From the NCBI GenBank assembly GCA_964503465.1, contig CAZCYZ010000003.1:1-62932 (forward strand): a stretch of DNA of 62,932 nt. Reading direction: 5' to 3'. A program made the translations under genes and the position numbers. Below are positions 34,660 through 44,386 of this stretch, piece after piece. Every line of letters starts with the position of its first letter. Position 1 is the first letter of the stretch. The DNA comes from an uncultured Gammaproteobacteria bacterium (GTDB lineage: Bacteria; Patescibacteriota; Microgenomatia; UBA12405). The notes beneath the pieces were generated by a model that did no database searches, was not told the origin of the DNA, and saw only the letters and a list, made by a program, of their open reading frames with translations.

Positions 34660-35973
34660 ATGTCACTCGAACAATTTACCCACCTCGAGGCCTCAATCAT
34701 TACCGATATTGAATTTGGCCGCCAGGATAGTACTCACCGAGCTATCCTCAGCAGTAATGAAACTATTCCTCCAGAAACGTTTGTTGGTCAACCCAAACCA
34801 AACGGACCTTTGATTGGTGTTGGCTTGGGGATGTCATTGGCGCTTTTACAACATTACGAATCACCACCCCCAAGCATTGTTCTTTTTGACATCAACACTC
34901 ATGTTGTCACTGCTGGCCGTATCTTTATCGAACTCCTCAAAACAAGCCAAGATTATGGTCAACTTCTTAGTAATCTTAATGATCGGCCCCTTCTCCAAGC
35001 ACTCTATCAACAAGTAATTAACCAAGACCAATGTCTCCAGACAGATACTAATCCCGAGGACGTTTGCCAATTTATTCACCAACAATTCAGCGGCTTTGTT
35101 GACGACTCAATCTCGCTTCCCGACAACCGAATTCCCATTGGTTGCCAGGTCCGCCAGCGTTTCCAGGACCTCAAAGCTTTGGCCGAAACTAACCAATTTC
35201 AAATATTTCTCGGTGATGTTAGTCACCCTGAGTGGGTCACCGCTCTCGGTCAATACCTCAGTGAACAAACAGGCATTCCCACAATTTACCTTAGCAACAC
35301 CCCCGACTTGATTTGCCAAAATATCCAAACCGCTAATAAATTTAATCAACTTCTAACCCAAATTACCTCCAATCTCCCCCAACCTGTCCTTTGGGTATAT
35401 ACCCTCAACTCTGCCGGTTATCAACTTATGGCCTCAGCCACCACTCCTCAATTCCTAACTGAACAATTTATTGCTCATGCACCCGCAGTCGGCCCATGTC
35501 GCGGATCAGTTCATCCATATGTACATCTTAATACCCAAAATCCAATAACTCTTCACTCCCATCGTGGTATCGAAATCGCCACCCAGCCAACCCACCAAGG
35601 CATAATTCAACAACCATTAGTAATACTTGACGAATTAGAATCATCACAACCACCATTTCTCATATCAAGCCATCAAAATAGCGACAACCAAACTATATTG
35701 TACGTCACTTTCGCCACTCCCGACTCCCTCCCCATTACCATCGATACCCCCCAAAACCGGCAACTCCTTCTGTCTTTTTTATCCGACCCCGAAGATCCCA
35801 ACATCATCGCCCAAATCGAAACCGACGCTGATTCAAGTATTCGTCTTAAAATTTCTATCAAACCAGATTCCGCCACCAACTCCGTTACTTTTAATCTGCC
35901 CAACCACCAACATCTTACTATTAACACTCAGTGCAACAGAAGAAACACCAGTTATCACCTCTCCACCGAATGA
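34660..35973 (+). CDS. hypothetical protein
   Basis: 437-aa ORF with no competing ORF on the other strand. A weak Rossmann-like IGVGLGMS...IVLFDIN segment only. Confidence 0.55.
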   Translation: MSLEQFTHLEASIITDIEFGRQDSTHRAILSSNETIPPETFVGQPKPNGPLIGVGLGMSLALLQHYESPPPSIVLFDINTHVVTAGRIFIELLKTSQDYGQLLSNLNDRPLLQALYQQVINQDQCLQTDTNPEDVCQFIHQQFSGFVDDSISLPDNRIPIGCQVRQRFQDLKALAETNQFQIFLGDVSHPEWVTALGQYLSEQTGIPTIYLSNTPDLICQNIQTANKFNQLLTQITSNLPQPVLWVYTLNSAGYQLMASATTPQFLTEQFIAHAPAVGPCRGSVHPYVHLNTQNPITLHSHRGIEIATQPTHQGIIQQPLVILDELESSQPPFLISSHQNSDNQTILYVTFATPDSLPITIDTPQNRQLLLSFLSDPEDPNIIAQIETDADSSIRLKISIKPDSATNSVTFNLPNHQHLTINTQCNRRNTSYHLSTE

Positions 35974-36446
35974 ATTATTTTTCCCCAAGGGTCAACTGTC
36001 GTTGTTACAAACCCAGTCTCCGCCCCACCAGCCTGATTCGAGAGTGTTCTCTCACCTAAGTCCACTTCCTTCCCCTGGCTATCCACCAACCTAACCCCAT
36101 CCATCCCCAAATGAAAACCCTGCCCTTGCACTATTTCGACCAATCCCGGAAGTCCTGCATCCTCCAAACTATCCCTTAATCGGGAATAGATTCGCATCAT
36201 TGCCCTCATCGCTTTGTCACGATCACCGTCCTGATTACCACAATATTGGAACAAATCATCCTTCGATACAACTGATCCTGTCCCTCTCGATAACACTACC
36301 AACGCTACCAACGCCTTCTTTTTTTCAGTTGACAACTTCCCAACCAACCCCCCCCCAACTTTTACTCCCAATATCGCCGCGTCACGAATCAGCTCCTTTG
36401 GTCCTATCGCTTGCAGTCCTTCCCCAACTGGTCTCTCTCCACCCAT
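35955..36446 (-). CDS. stand-alone OmpR/PhoB-type winged-helix DNA-binding protein (no receiver domain)
   Basis: KKKALVALVVLSRGTGSVVSKDDLFQYCG...AMRAMMRIYSRLRDSL...IVQGQGFHL fits the Trans_reg_C pattern. Confidence 0.6.
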   Translation of the reverse strand: MGGERPVGEGLQAIGPKELIRDAAILGVKVGGGLVGKLSTEKKKALVALVVLSRGTGSVVSKDDLFQYCGNQDGDRDKAMRAMMRIYSRLRDSLEDAGLPGLVEIVQGQGFHLGMDGVRLVDSQGKEVDLGERTLSNQAGGAETGFVTTTVDPWGKIIHSVER

Positions 36447-36470
36447 ATTTAAATTATTTTCAACAAATAT

Positions 36471-36683
36471 CTAACCAATAACCAAATTGCCTACCTGAGT
36501 CAAGATCTGTTCTTGGTTCTCCTTAATAAAGTTCTGTTCTTCCGACAACAACTCCCCCCACTCCTCTACCTCTTCATCCGTCATCTTGTCCACTATCTCT
36601 CTAAACCTGTTCTTTGTCTTTTCTGACAAAATATATGAATTGTCAATAAGTACTCTTAATGCTTGTCTCTTGTCCATTGTCAA
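36471..36683 (-). CDS. hypothetical small protein
   Basis: 70 aa with a 4-nt overlap with the upstream gene in the same block. Confidence 0.45.
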   Translation of the reverse strand: MTMDKRQALRVLIDNSYILSEKTKNRFREIVDKMTDEEVEEWGELLSEEQNFIKENQEQILTQVGNLVIG

Positions 36684-37261
36684 CCTTTAAAAACTTCTAA
36701 TGCTTGTTCAGTTTGTGCCTTCGCATATTCGCTCTTCTTAAAGAAAACATCCTTGATTGTCTTAAATGTCTCACCTGCTATTCTAGTTTGATTCGCCAGT
36801 GATTGTTTCCGATCTACCATCAGTTGAATAATTTCCGGTGCTATCCCAACATAAGGTGCCCCCAAACCATCCAGACCGGCCATTGTCGCCAAAAACCATT
36901 TTGGAACTTCAGGATACAAATCACCAATCACCCCTGTTATCTTCCCGGCCTTTTTAATTTCTGGGGCCTTTTCTGCTAGCTTCTTTGCCACTCCACTCCA
37001 TTTCCCCAGGTCGTTTGCCCACTCCGCTACCGGAACCAGTTCACACAGGACCAATCCTGTCAGTACCAAATCTCTCAAGGCTCTTTCCTTTTCCTTAGTC
37101 ATACTTTCCCGAATTTCAGGATTAGTTTTTACCCTCTCAACCACCAATTTTGACTTCTCCAGCAGTTGCGCCAACAAGGATACCCTCACCGCCTTCTCAC
37201 CTTCAACTTTCGGTAATTCGTAGCCACCAGTTTGACCATCTACCATAACCAATACTACCAC
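36680..37261 (-). CDS. hypothetical protein
   Basis: 193 aa, tightly coupled to its neighbours. Unrecognised. Confidence 0.5.
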   Translation of the reverse strand: MVVLVMVDGQTGGYELPKVEGEKAVRVSLLAQLLEKSKLVVERVKTNPEIRESMTKEKERALRDLVLTGLVLCELVPVAEWANDLGKWSGVAKKLAEKAPEIKKAGKITGVIGDLYPEVPKWFLATMAGLDGLGAPYVGIAPEIIQLMVDRKQSLANQTRIAGETFKTIKDVFFKKSEYAKAQTEQALEVFKG

Positions 37262-37827
37262 TATTTTTTCTCTTCCACAACCGATTTACCCCCCACACCA
37301 GCAAACGCCGCTTTTATGCCAGCCTCCCATTTTTCCAACGCCTCATCCCCCGCCGCCAATCTTTCTTTCCTAATCCTTTCGTTCTCTGCATTAAATCTCT
37401 CAAAGGCAACCTTATTCGCCCCATCTTGGATCTGCTGAGGTGTAGGTTCCACAATGTTTACCTCACCATTCGTTATCTTTCCAACAGGAAATAAACCTTC
37501 TGGCTTCCCCCCACCAGCCACAAACTCACCAATATCCATAACACCAGCTTCAACTAACCCCCGATACTCCTCTGGAGTCAAACCATATGATTCCGCCCTC
37601 GCTTTGATCCATTCAGGATTAACTGTATCTGCACCAGTCGCCGGATCACTTATCGAAGTTGGTACTTCTCCCAATCTTGCCTTTCTGGCCTCAGCCTCCT
37701 CAACTGTCCCACCAACCGCCTCAACCTTACCACTATCTGGATTTCTTATAACTACCGCTGGCTTCTCCACATTAAAAATGGAATTAATTACAACCGATTT
37801 TTCAGCCATAGCTCCTGGTTCTGGCAT
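37261..37827 (-). CDS. hypothetical protein
   Basis: Start placed at the internal MPEPGAMAEK (the ORF extends to 37896). Unrecognised. Confidence 0.5.
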   Translation of the reverse strand: MPEPGAMAEKSVVINSIFNVEKPAVVIRNPDSGKVEAVGGTVEEAEARKARLGEVPTSISDPATGADTVNPEWIKARAESYGLTPEEYRGLVEAGVMDIGEFVAGGGKPEGLFPVGKITNGEVNIVEPTPQQIQDGANKVAFERFNAENERIRKERLAAGDEALEKWEAGIKAAFAGVGGKSVVEEKK

Positions 37828-38042
37828 ATGTTTATATTTGAATACTAAACTATAACAACAAAATTCTATCACATAAACATCATCAAAACTTATCACACTC
37901 CCAACAACGTAAACTTCCCGGTATCTATTCTATCAAGCGCACACTCTCCATTAAGTCGCCACAACAACTCATTACCACCATCATATCCTGCCCGCCAACT
38001 CTGTCATTTCTTTACCCAACTTTAAAAATTTACCAAAAAAGG

Positions 38043-38369
38043 CTATTTACGACCAAAAATACTCGACCCTTTAATTGCACTTTCAATCTCGGTTATTTCC
38101 TCCATACTAAATTCGTCCTTCAAACTCTCGCGAAACTCCATCATTTTTTGTTCGGTCACCCTTCTAACCCGTTCTTCATACTCTTCAGACTCAGTTTTAC
38201 TCAAAGATTTATTAAAATCATCAATAAACTTTTTCATCTGACCAATAACCCCATCCTTCTTCTTTTCAAAAGCAAAGACCACCATAACCGATAATATTGA
38301 CAATACCAAACCAGAATCTACTATTGCCACCAACTCTTTTTTCTTCCCATCACCGTCCTCAAAAATCAT
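38043..38369 (-). CDS. small single-pass membrane protein
   Basis: 108 aa with one TM helix (LVAIVDSGLVLSILSVMVVFAF) and a charged helical tail. Confidence 0.5.
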   Translation of the reverse strand: MIFEDGDGKKKELVAIVDSGLVLSILSVMVVFAFEKKKDGVIGQMKKFIDDFNKSLSKTESEEYEERVRRVTEQKMMEFRESLKDEFSMEEITEIESAIKGSSIFGRK

Positions 38370-38399
38370 TTTATATTATATTAAAACAAAAATAACAGT

Positions 38400-38660
38400 C
38401 TAATTAACAACCGCCTCGACCATATTTTTAAGTCCCAAAGCAGTAATACTCATCCCCACCACCCCCAAAGCAAGTCCACCCACCTGGATACCCGGAGCCA
38501 ATGTTACTGGAATGGCTGCCACAGTACTAGCCAAACCAAGCGTCACCTCCACTCCACCCAAAAACACTCTCATTGCCCTATCCCTCACAATCTCACGACG
38601 AATTTCTCTTCTCCTTCCTTCATCATATTCACCCTTACCCATATTAGCAAATTCTACCAC
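38400..38660 (-). CDS. small two-pass membrane protein
   Basis: 86 aa. Arg-rich N-terminus followed by two Gly/Ala/Val-rich hydrophobic helices. 8 nt after the ATPase gene. Confidence 0.5.
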   Translation of the reverse strand: MVEFANMGKGEYDEGRRREIRREIVRDRAMRVFLGGVEVTLGLASTVAAIPVTLAPGIQVGGLALGVVGMSITALGLKNMVEAVVN

Positions 38661-38668
38661 ACCTCAAT

Positions 38669-41098
38669 TTAAGCTATCAACCCCGCTCTTTCAATTATCT
38701 CCGCCTCCACCTCTGCCCTCGGTCTGGCATATTTTCTTCGACTATCCGCCACAATCTTTTCCGCTGTCTCCGCGCTGCTAGGCACCGCAGTTACCTCCTT
38801 CCAGTCCAAACCTGTTGAAAAAGGTTCAGCTGGTTTACCCTGAATCAACATTTTCAAATACATATTCCCTGTCCCGTTATTAACCAAGTCAAATTCATCA
38901 AAGACCGGCGCAAACTGATGAACCAAATACGAAGCGTCATCCACCCCCACTCGAAATGCTCCAATCGAACCGACATTCCCAAAAACTGCATCCCGAATAT
39001 CCTTATTGATTTGAGAAATGTACTGGTTGGCCACAATCAAGTTCAGTCGATACTTTCTGGCTTCCGATAATATCTCTGTAAAATCAGGCGTTGCAAAATT
39101 CTGAAATTCATCAACATACAAATAATAATCTTGCCTTTGATTTTCGGGTATCTCTTCTCGGCTCATTGCCGCCACAAAGAATCTTGGAACCAACAATGTC
39201 CCCAAAAACGCTGCGTTCTCTTCCCCTAATTTACCTTTGGATAAGTTAATAATCAGTATTTTCTTTTGATCCATCACTTCCCGAAAATCAAAGGCCGACT
39301 TAGACTGACCAACAATATTCCTCATTGTTACATCACTTACAAACCGATCAAATTTGGAAACATAATATCCCAACGTTTCCGATTTGTGAAAATCGGTCGT
39401 CCTTGCCATCTCTTCGGTCCAATATGTTTTAACTAACGGATCTTTTATTTTGTCAAGTTTACTGGCAGCAAAGCTTGGGCTAGTCAAAAGCCTTAAAGCT
39501 TCAATCAGCGTGTTCCCTTTTTCCTCCATCGCCGTCAACATCACATTTCGCACTGTTCTTTCCAACATCGGCCCCATGATTCCAGTGTGATTGGGGTCAT
39601 AAAGTTTGTACAACAAGGCAATAAAGGAATTAATAATAATGTTTTTTGACTCTGCCGTTTCCACATCCATAATATTCATTCCCATTGGAAACTCAGTGTC
39701 CCCCGGATTCCAATAAATCACATCTTCAACTCTCTTATTTGGAATCTTAGTCAGAATATCTTCGGCCACATCTCCATGCGGATCAATAAAACATACTCCT
39801 TCACCGTTATTAATATCCTGTAGCACCATATGCTTTAAATATTCCGATTTACCCGTACCCGTCTGGCCAACCACATAAAAATGTCTTCTTCTATCTTCCT
39901 TCCCCACCAACACTCTCCGTTTCTCTCCCCTAAACTGGTTATAACCCAAAAACAACCCTCCTTCAATCATTTTGCTCGGTGCCGGCGCCATCTTAAACTT
40001 CTGCCAAGCTACTTTAGGTACATCCACTTCCTCCCCGGGAAAGTGGAACAACGATGCCATCTCCTCGGTATTGGCAATAAATTGTTGTTTAAAAAATGAC
40101 CAGTCAATAAACGGCTGCATCCTTAGCTTAAAATACTTAGTCAAACTTCTATTGGCCAACCAAAACCTACAAGCCTGAAATGAAGTCAATGCTGGACTAT
40201 CAAATTGCGTATACGATCGGCAAACCGAATCAAAATTAGCCTTGGCCACCAACTGATCATCCGATATTGAAATTACTCTTATCCCAGCCAAATAACCTTT
40301 CTTGCTCATTTTTTTCTCTATCCCCGAATATACATCCCTATCAATTGCCAGTTGCGGAGTCCCTCCCACCCAAACAGTATTGCCACTACTATTTGTTGAT
40401 TGGCTCCCATTACCATTCTGTCTATTACTCAAATAGTTTAAGTAATTAAAGGCTCTTTTCCTCCAGCCACCACTCACCGGAGTTATATAGGTTTGAACCA
40501 CTATTACTTCCGACCCCCTTAAATTAACCATTTTATTCAACAGTGGGTTCAAAGAGTCGTTAACCATCGTCTCGTAAGTTCTAATCGGCCCATATTCTGG
40601 CCCTATTGCCCTTACATAACCATACACTGCTTTTTCCAACTCGAGTTTGTCAACATAGTCCCCCACCTCGACAATCTCCACCTCGGTATAACTAGCAAAA
40701 ATCGTGTTCTTAACAAATTCAACCAACCGCCTCGAACAAAAGACATAGAAGTTTATTTCTGTGGCCGTGGCCACAATTTCAAAAGACAAGGTATCTCGGA
40801 AAATCAAATGTTTGGTCCAATCAGAAGGGACAATCCCCCTCAATTCGGCAAACATTTGCTCCGCCACATTCGTCTTCGACTTCATTTGAGCCACTCTCTT
40901 GTTCGGTTCATCCGATTCGGAATAGTATCTTGGCATTGAAACCTTCAATAACACTCCACGACGGTGTTGCTCCATTACCCTCAACCTACCTACAAACTTA
41001 TTAATCACCACCCCCAACCATATCAAAACCCCCAATCCCAATAAACTAGCCATTACCCAACCCATCGCCACCATCACCGTAGAGATCGACTCAGTCAT
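38669..41098 (-). CDS. type IV secretion coupling protein-like ATPase (VirD4/TrwB/TraD family) with N-terminal TM anchor and ~370-aa unknown domain
   Basis: Walker A HFYVVGQTGTGKSEYL followed by FIDPHGD. Walker B region YYLYVDEFQNFAT...ARKYRLNLIVANQYISQ. This closely parallels the TrwB/TraD nucleotide-binding domain. Confidence 0.75.
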   Translation of the reverse strand: MTESISTVMVAMGWVMASLLGLGVLIWLGVVINKFVGRLRVMEQHRRGVLLKVSMPRYYSESDEPNKRVAQMKSKTNVAEQMFAELRGIVPSDWTKHLIFRDTLSFEIVATATEINFYVFCSRRLVEFVKNTIFASYTEVEIVEVGDYVDKLELEKAVYGYVRAIGPEYGPIRTYETMVNDSLNPLLNKMVNLRGSEVIVVQTYITPVSGGWRKRAFNYLNYLSNRQNGNGSQSTNSSGNTVWVGGTPQLAIDRDVYSGIEKKMSKKGYLAGIRVISISDDQLVAKANFDSVCRSYTQFDSPALTSFQACRFWLANRSLTKYFKLRMQPFIDWSFFKQQFIANTEEMASLFHFPGEEVDVPKVAWQKFKMAPAPSKMIEGGLFLGYNQFRGEKRRVLVGKEDRRRHFYVVGQTGTGKSEYLKHMVLQDINNGEGVCFIDPHGDVAEDILTKIPNKRVEDVIYWNPGDTEFPMGMNIMDVETAESKNIIINSFIALLYKLYDPNHTGIMGPMLERTVRNVMLTAMEEKGNTLIEALRLLTSPSFAASKLDKIKDPLVKTYWTEEMARTTDFHKSETLGYYVSKFDRFVSDVTMRNIVGQSKSAFDFREVMDQKKILIINLSKGKLGEENAAFLGTLLVPRFFVAAMSREEIPENQRQDYYLYVDEFQNFATPDFTEILSEARKYRLNLIVANQYISQINKDIRDAVFGNVGSIGAFRVGVDDASYLVHQFAPVFDEFDLVNNGTGNMYLKMLIQGKPAEPFSTGLDWKEVTAVPSSAETAEKIVADSRRKYARPRAEVEAEIIERAGLIA

Positions 41099-41161
41099 TA
41101 CTCATTCTAAACTATTTCTACCTTCGCCACCATTCCCACCGCATGTCAATTTACCGACCGA

Positions 41162-41665
41162 CTATGCGAATTCAGCTTTTCTAATCACTTTTCCAACCAT
41201 ATCTAACACTGGCCCCCTCATGTCTTGAATTCTTTGCGCTGGTAACTCCAGTGGTTCACCAGACCTAGCGCCAACCAACCCTTCTTTGTATTTCTCGGCA
41301 TACACTGTCACTCTTGCCAGCCCCCCCGATTCAACAATTATCACTACTTCCTGGTTCCCATCTCGATCAGACACCCCCACCGCCATCCAATCTGGATTCT
41401 TTGCCACTTTGTAACCACCGAATCCCTTCTTCCCTGCAACTTTGGTCACATATTTTTCTCCTGTCGCATCATCGGTTTGTCTTCTAATCACTACCGGAAC
41501 TCGTTTCCCACCAACCATTTCAAAATCCCTTTCTGCCTGAAAATGATTAGTTCTCTCCACCAAGGCTCCCGCCGCCGCCCAAACCGCATCAGCCGCCGCC
41601 TGGTCTGCCAGCCCTTTTCTATCAACCTTTGGAAAAACCTCACCTGCACCCGGTATTCTGTTCAT
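41162..41665 (-). CDS. hypothetical protein
   Basis: 167 aa, immediately upstream of the coupling-protein-like gene on the same strand. Confidence 0.5.
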   Translation of the reverse strand: MNRIPGAGEVFPKVDRKGLADQAAADAVWAAAGALVERTNHFQAERDFEMVGGKRVPVVIRRQTDDATGEKYVTKVAGKKGFGGYKVAKNPDWMAVGVSDRDGNQEVVIIVESGGLARVTVYAEKYKEGLVGARSGEPLELPAQRIQDMRGPVLDMVGKVIRKAEFA

Positions 41666-41979
41666 AAATTATTTTGTAAATAATATAATTAATTAATAAT
41701 CTACCCTTTATTACTCCATCAGATTCTATATCCCAATCTAACATATCACCATCATCAAATCTACTTTTAAAGCAGTTTGATACCATTAACTGTCAACATA
41801 CCACAGAATATTGAATTAGTTTCTCTCCCCATTACCACCGAACACCACCACGCCACCACCAATTTCCTTAGTGATGAACACACCACCGACCAAGATCCAG
41901 ACTACACCGACAAACTACTCCAACGTTCGACTACTTTTCTCTACCAGTCTGGAATTTTAATTCCAAACAACCTCTCGCT

Positions 41980-42240
41980 CTAGCCCATCCTCTTCCACTC
42001 TTTTTCGCCCTGTCTCAGCGCGTCATCCAAACTTACCATCTCCCGAACACCTTCAACACCAAAAGTCTTCACTAACCCATCAACATCTTGCACCCCTTGG
42101 GCCACCAAACTCTGACGCTCAACCTCAGTCAAAGAACCCACCTGACCCGCAGCCTCAACTCCCACCTGACCGCCTCGTCCCATCAACCCGTCTAAAGCTG
42201 CTTCAGTCTTAATTTTAACCCCTTCTACACCTTCAGCCAT
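41980..42240 (-). CDS. hypothetical small protein
   Basis: 86-aa Gly/Val/Glu-rich ORF. Confidence 0.4.
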   Translation of the reverse strand: MAEGVEGVKIKTEAALDGLMGRGGQVGVEAAGQVGSLTEVERQSLVAQGVQDVDGLVKTFGVEGVREMVSLDDALRQGEKEWKRMG

Positions 42241-42290
42241 AAAAAATTTTAATTAATAACCTAGATATTATAAATCACATCCAATAACAA

Positions 42291-43268
42291 CTAATAACCT
42301 CGCGGCATCAAACCAGAACTAACCATTGCTTGTAATAGTTGTTCCCGCTCCTGATCCGATATTCCATAATCCCTACACCAATTTATCAATTCAGATGACT
42401 TACCCTCACCATATTTCAATACTCTATGTAAAAAAACTACCAAGTCTGGCGGCGCTTTGCCAATACTACCTCGACAAATCTTTCTTATACTTCCGAATTC
42501 TTGGTTTTCTGGATTTAAACTATCGTATTCATCACCCGTCATGATCTCTATATCGTCCAACGGAATATCATCCGATATTGCTTTATTATTAAGCCTTCCT
42601 CTAATCATCAAAACAACCTCCTTTGCAGCCCCGCTATCAGACATATCTGGATATTGTCTTCGATATTGATCCACCTGTTCCATAAATTTATCGAAATCAT
42701 CCAAACACCCAACCAAATCAGGGCTCAAACTTGTCTCCACTAATCGCCTAAACGAAGGTGAATCACGCTTTATTCTCACTAATGCTGGTTCATGTCTCCA
42801 CATCTGTTCCAACCACCTTTGTCTAATCGCCAAAGCCCTATCATAATCATCTCTGTATTGTTGGAGTTGTTGGCTACCCTCCATGAGTCGTATTGTTTCC
42901 GTCAGGGTCGGGAACAAATAAATTCTCATAATCTCCGGACCCATATTGGCGTGCCAAGTAGCAGTAGTTTGATTAGTAGTCAGATAAAATACTCGTCCCT
43001 TGCCCTGGGTATATCTCTCTGCTCCATCTCTAATGCCCCACAAAAATGCTTGGTCTTCTACAAATGATTGATCTTCAGATAAATATGGTTTATTCCTCGT
43101 CCTTAAACCATCTTTGCCAATCAGTCTGGCCACATCAACAGAAGTTCCATGATAAAACGTCATACCATGCAACCCCTCCTCCCATAAGTTCCTTATAACT
43201 TCACCTCCATTCGCAGTTGCCACCCGCTTGCTCCCAGGCTCTTCTCTCCTGTCACTCAACATAACCAA
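42291..43268 (-). CDS. hypothetical protein
   Basis: 325 aa. The only weak motif is FYHGTS...GKDGL, reminiscent of ADP-ribosyltransferase/Tpt1-fold proteins. Not enough for an assignment. Confidence 0.5.
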   Translation of the reverse strand: MVMLSDRREEPGSKRVATANGGEVIRNLWEEGLHGMTFYHGTSVDVARLIGKDGLRTRNKPYLSEDQSFVEDQAFLWGIRDGAERYTQGKGRVFYLTTNQTTATWHANMGPEIMRIYLFPTLTETIRLMEGSQQLQQYRDDYDRALAIRQRWLEQMWRHEPALVRIKRDSPSFRRLVETSLSPDLVGCLDDFDKFMEQVDQYRRQYPDMSDSGAAKEVVLMIRGRLNNKAISDDIPLDDIEIMTGDEYDSLNPENQEFGSIRKICRGSIGKAPPDLVVFLHRVLKYGEGKSSELINWCRDYGISDQEREQLLQAMVSSGLMPRGY

Positions 43269-43387
43269 ATTTTACACCATCAATCGTTATGGTTCTCTGA
43301 TCCACTTTTGCTATCTTGACCTACTACTATCCCTTCTGTATAACTGTTTATAGTTAAACATTCTTTTGATCCAAGAGGAGCCACCTA

Positions 43388-43654
43388 ATGATCGACCAAA
43401 CTATGTCACAAGACAACCCTGTGTCTCAACAACCCACCCCCACCACCCCCAAAAAAATTAATGGAGTCAGTATTGACAACCTTCCCGACCTCTTAACCGT
43501 CGGTGAAGTTGCCGACTTACTTCGTGTTAGCAAACTTACTATCAAACGCTGGGGTAAACGTGGCAAACTTCCGGCTATTCGTATCAATGCCCGCGGCGAC
43601 CGACGTTATCGCAAAGAAGCAGTTCTCTGGCTACTTGGCATTCAATCCGACTAA
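43388..43654 (+). CDS. excisionase/MerR-superfamily helix-turn-helix DNA-binding protein
   Basis: LLTVGEVADLLRVSKLTIKRWGKRGKLPAIRI is a typical HTH_17/Xis-type motif. Divergent from the minus-strand block. Confidence 0.7.
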   Translation: MIDQTMSQDNPVSQQPTPTTPKKINGVSIDNLPDLLTVGEVADLLRVSKLTIKRWGKRGKLPAIRINARGDRRYRKEAVLWLLGIQSD

Positions 43655-43723
43655 ATCGGAATCCTACCTTACCTTCTAAGGGGTCAAGTTCACTCTTGGC
43701 TCCTTTTTTGGTTTGATAAGCTA

Positions 43724-44386
43724 TCAACCTCGCAACTTTCTAAACCTTACATCCAATTCGGGCACCTCTTCCTCGACAAATTTCTGCCACTCTTTAGCAG
43801 TTAAATAGTCCTCGGGTCTATTAACCCTGGCCACATAACTCGCATAAGCCGCCCATTTTTCCTTGCCATGTTTCCTATTAAAGTCATCTACCCCTTCCAG
43901 CTCCTCTGGCCATTTAAAATCTCTTCCCATATCCTTCGACATTAACCTTGAATATTCTCTCACTGCTTCCGAAGGAAAATTATAAATCTCACCCAACATT
44001 TGATGTTTCTTCCTGTCAAGATGGCCTACCCTACCCGAAAAACAATATGCCATTTTATCCAATGTTTCTATGTTTCGAGCAAACAAAAAATATGGCCGCT
44101 TTGATTTTAATATTATCCACTCACGCTTGCCCTTTTGTTTCACCCTTACATCTAATCTTCTCTGAATTACTCTAAACAATAAACCGGTTTTTTTTAGAAA
44201 GTTTTTTATTCTCTTGTGTAACCTCCGCTTTACCTTTGCTGTTCCCTTTTCAAAGTCATATTCTCTGGCATCTGGAACTATTTCCGATCCTCCCTTTAGT
44301 CCACCCATCACCAAAACCAAATCAACCTTTTCCCAGATGTTAATCGGCAAGTTCAGTAACAACCTTTTTAGCTCTCTATCAATCAC
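43724..44386 (-). CDS. hypothetical protein
   Basis: 220 aa with a 4-nt overlap with the ruvB stop. Confidence 0.5.
   Translation of the reverse strand: MIDRELKRLLLNLPINIWEKVDLVLVMGGLKGGSEIVPDAREYDFEKGTAKVKRRLHKRIKNFLKKTGLLFRVIQRRLDVRVKQKGKREWIILKSKRPYFLFARNIETLDKMAYCFSGRVGHLDRKKHQMLGEIYNFPSEAVREYSRLMSKDMGRDFKWPEELEGVDDFNRKHGKEKWAAYASYVARVNRPEDYLTAKEWQKFVEEEVPELDVRFRKLRG

Noticed and set aside
43388-43654. The Xis-like HTH gene plus the coupling ATPase block, considered as an integrated prophage or ICE.
   Set aside because: No integrase, recombinase, relaxase, capsid or terminase genes and no recognisable att repeats occur in the window. The block is reported only as an unclassified block.
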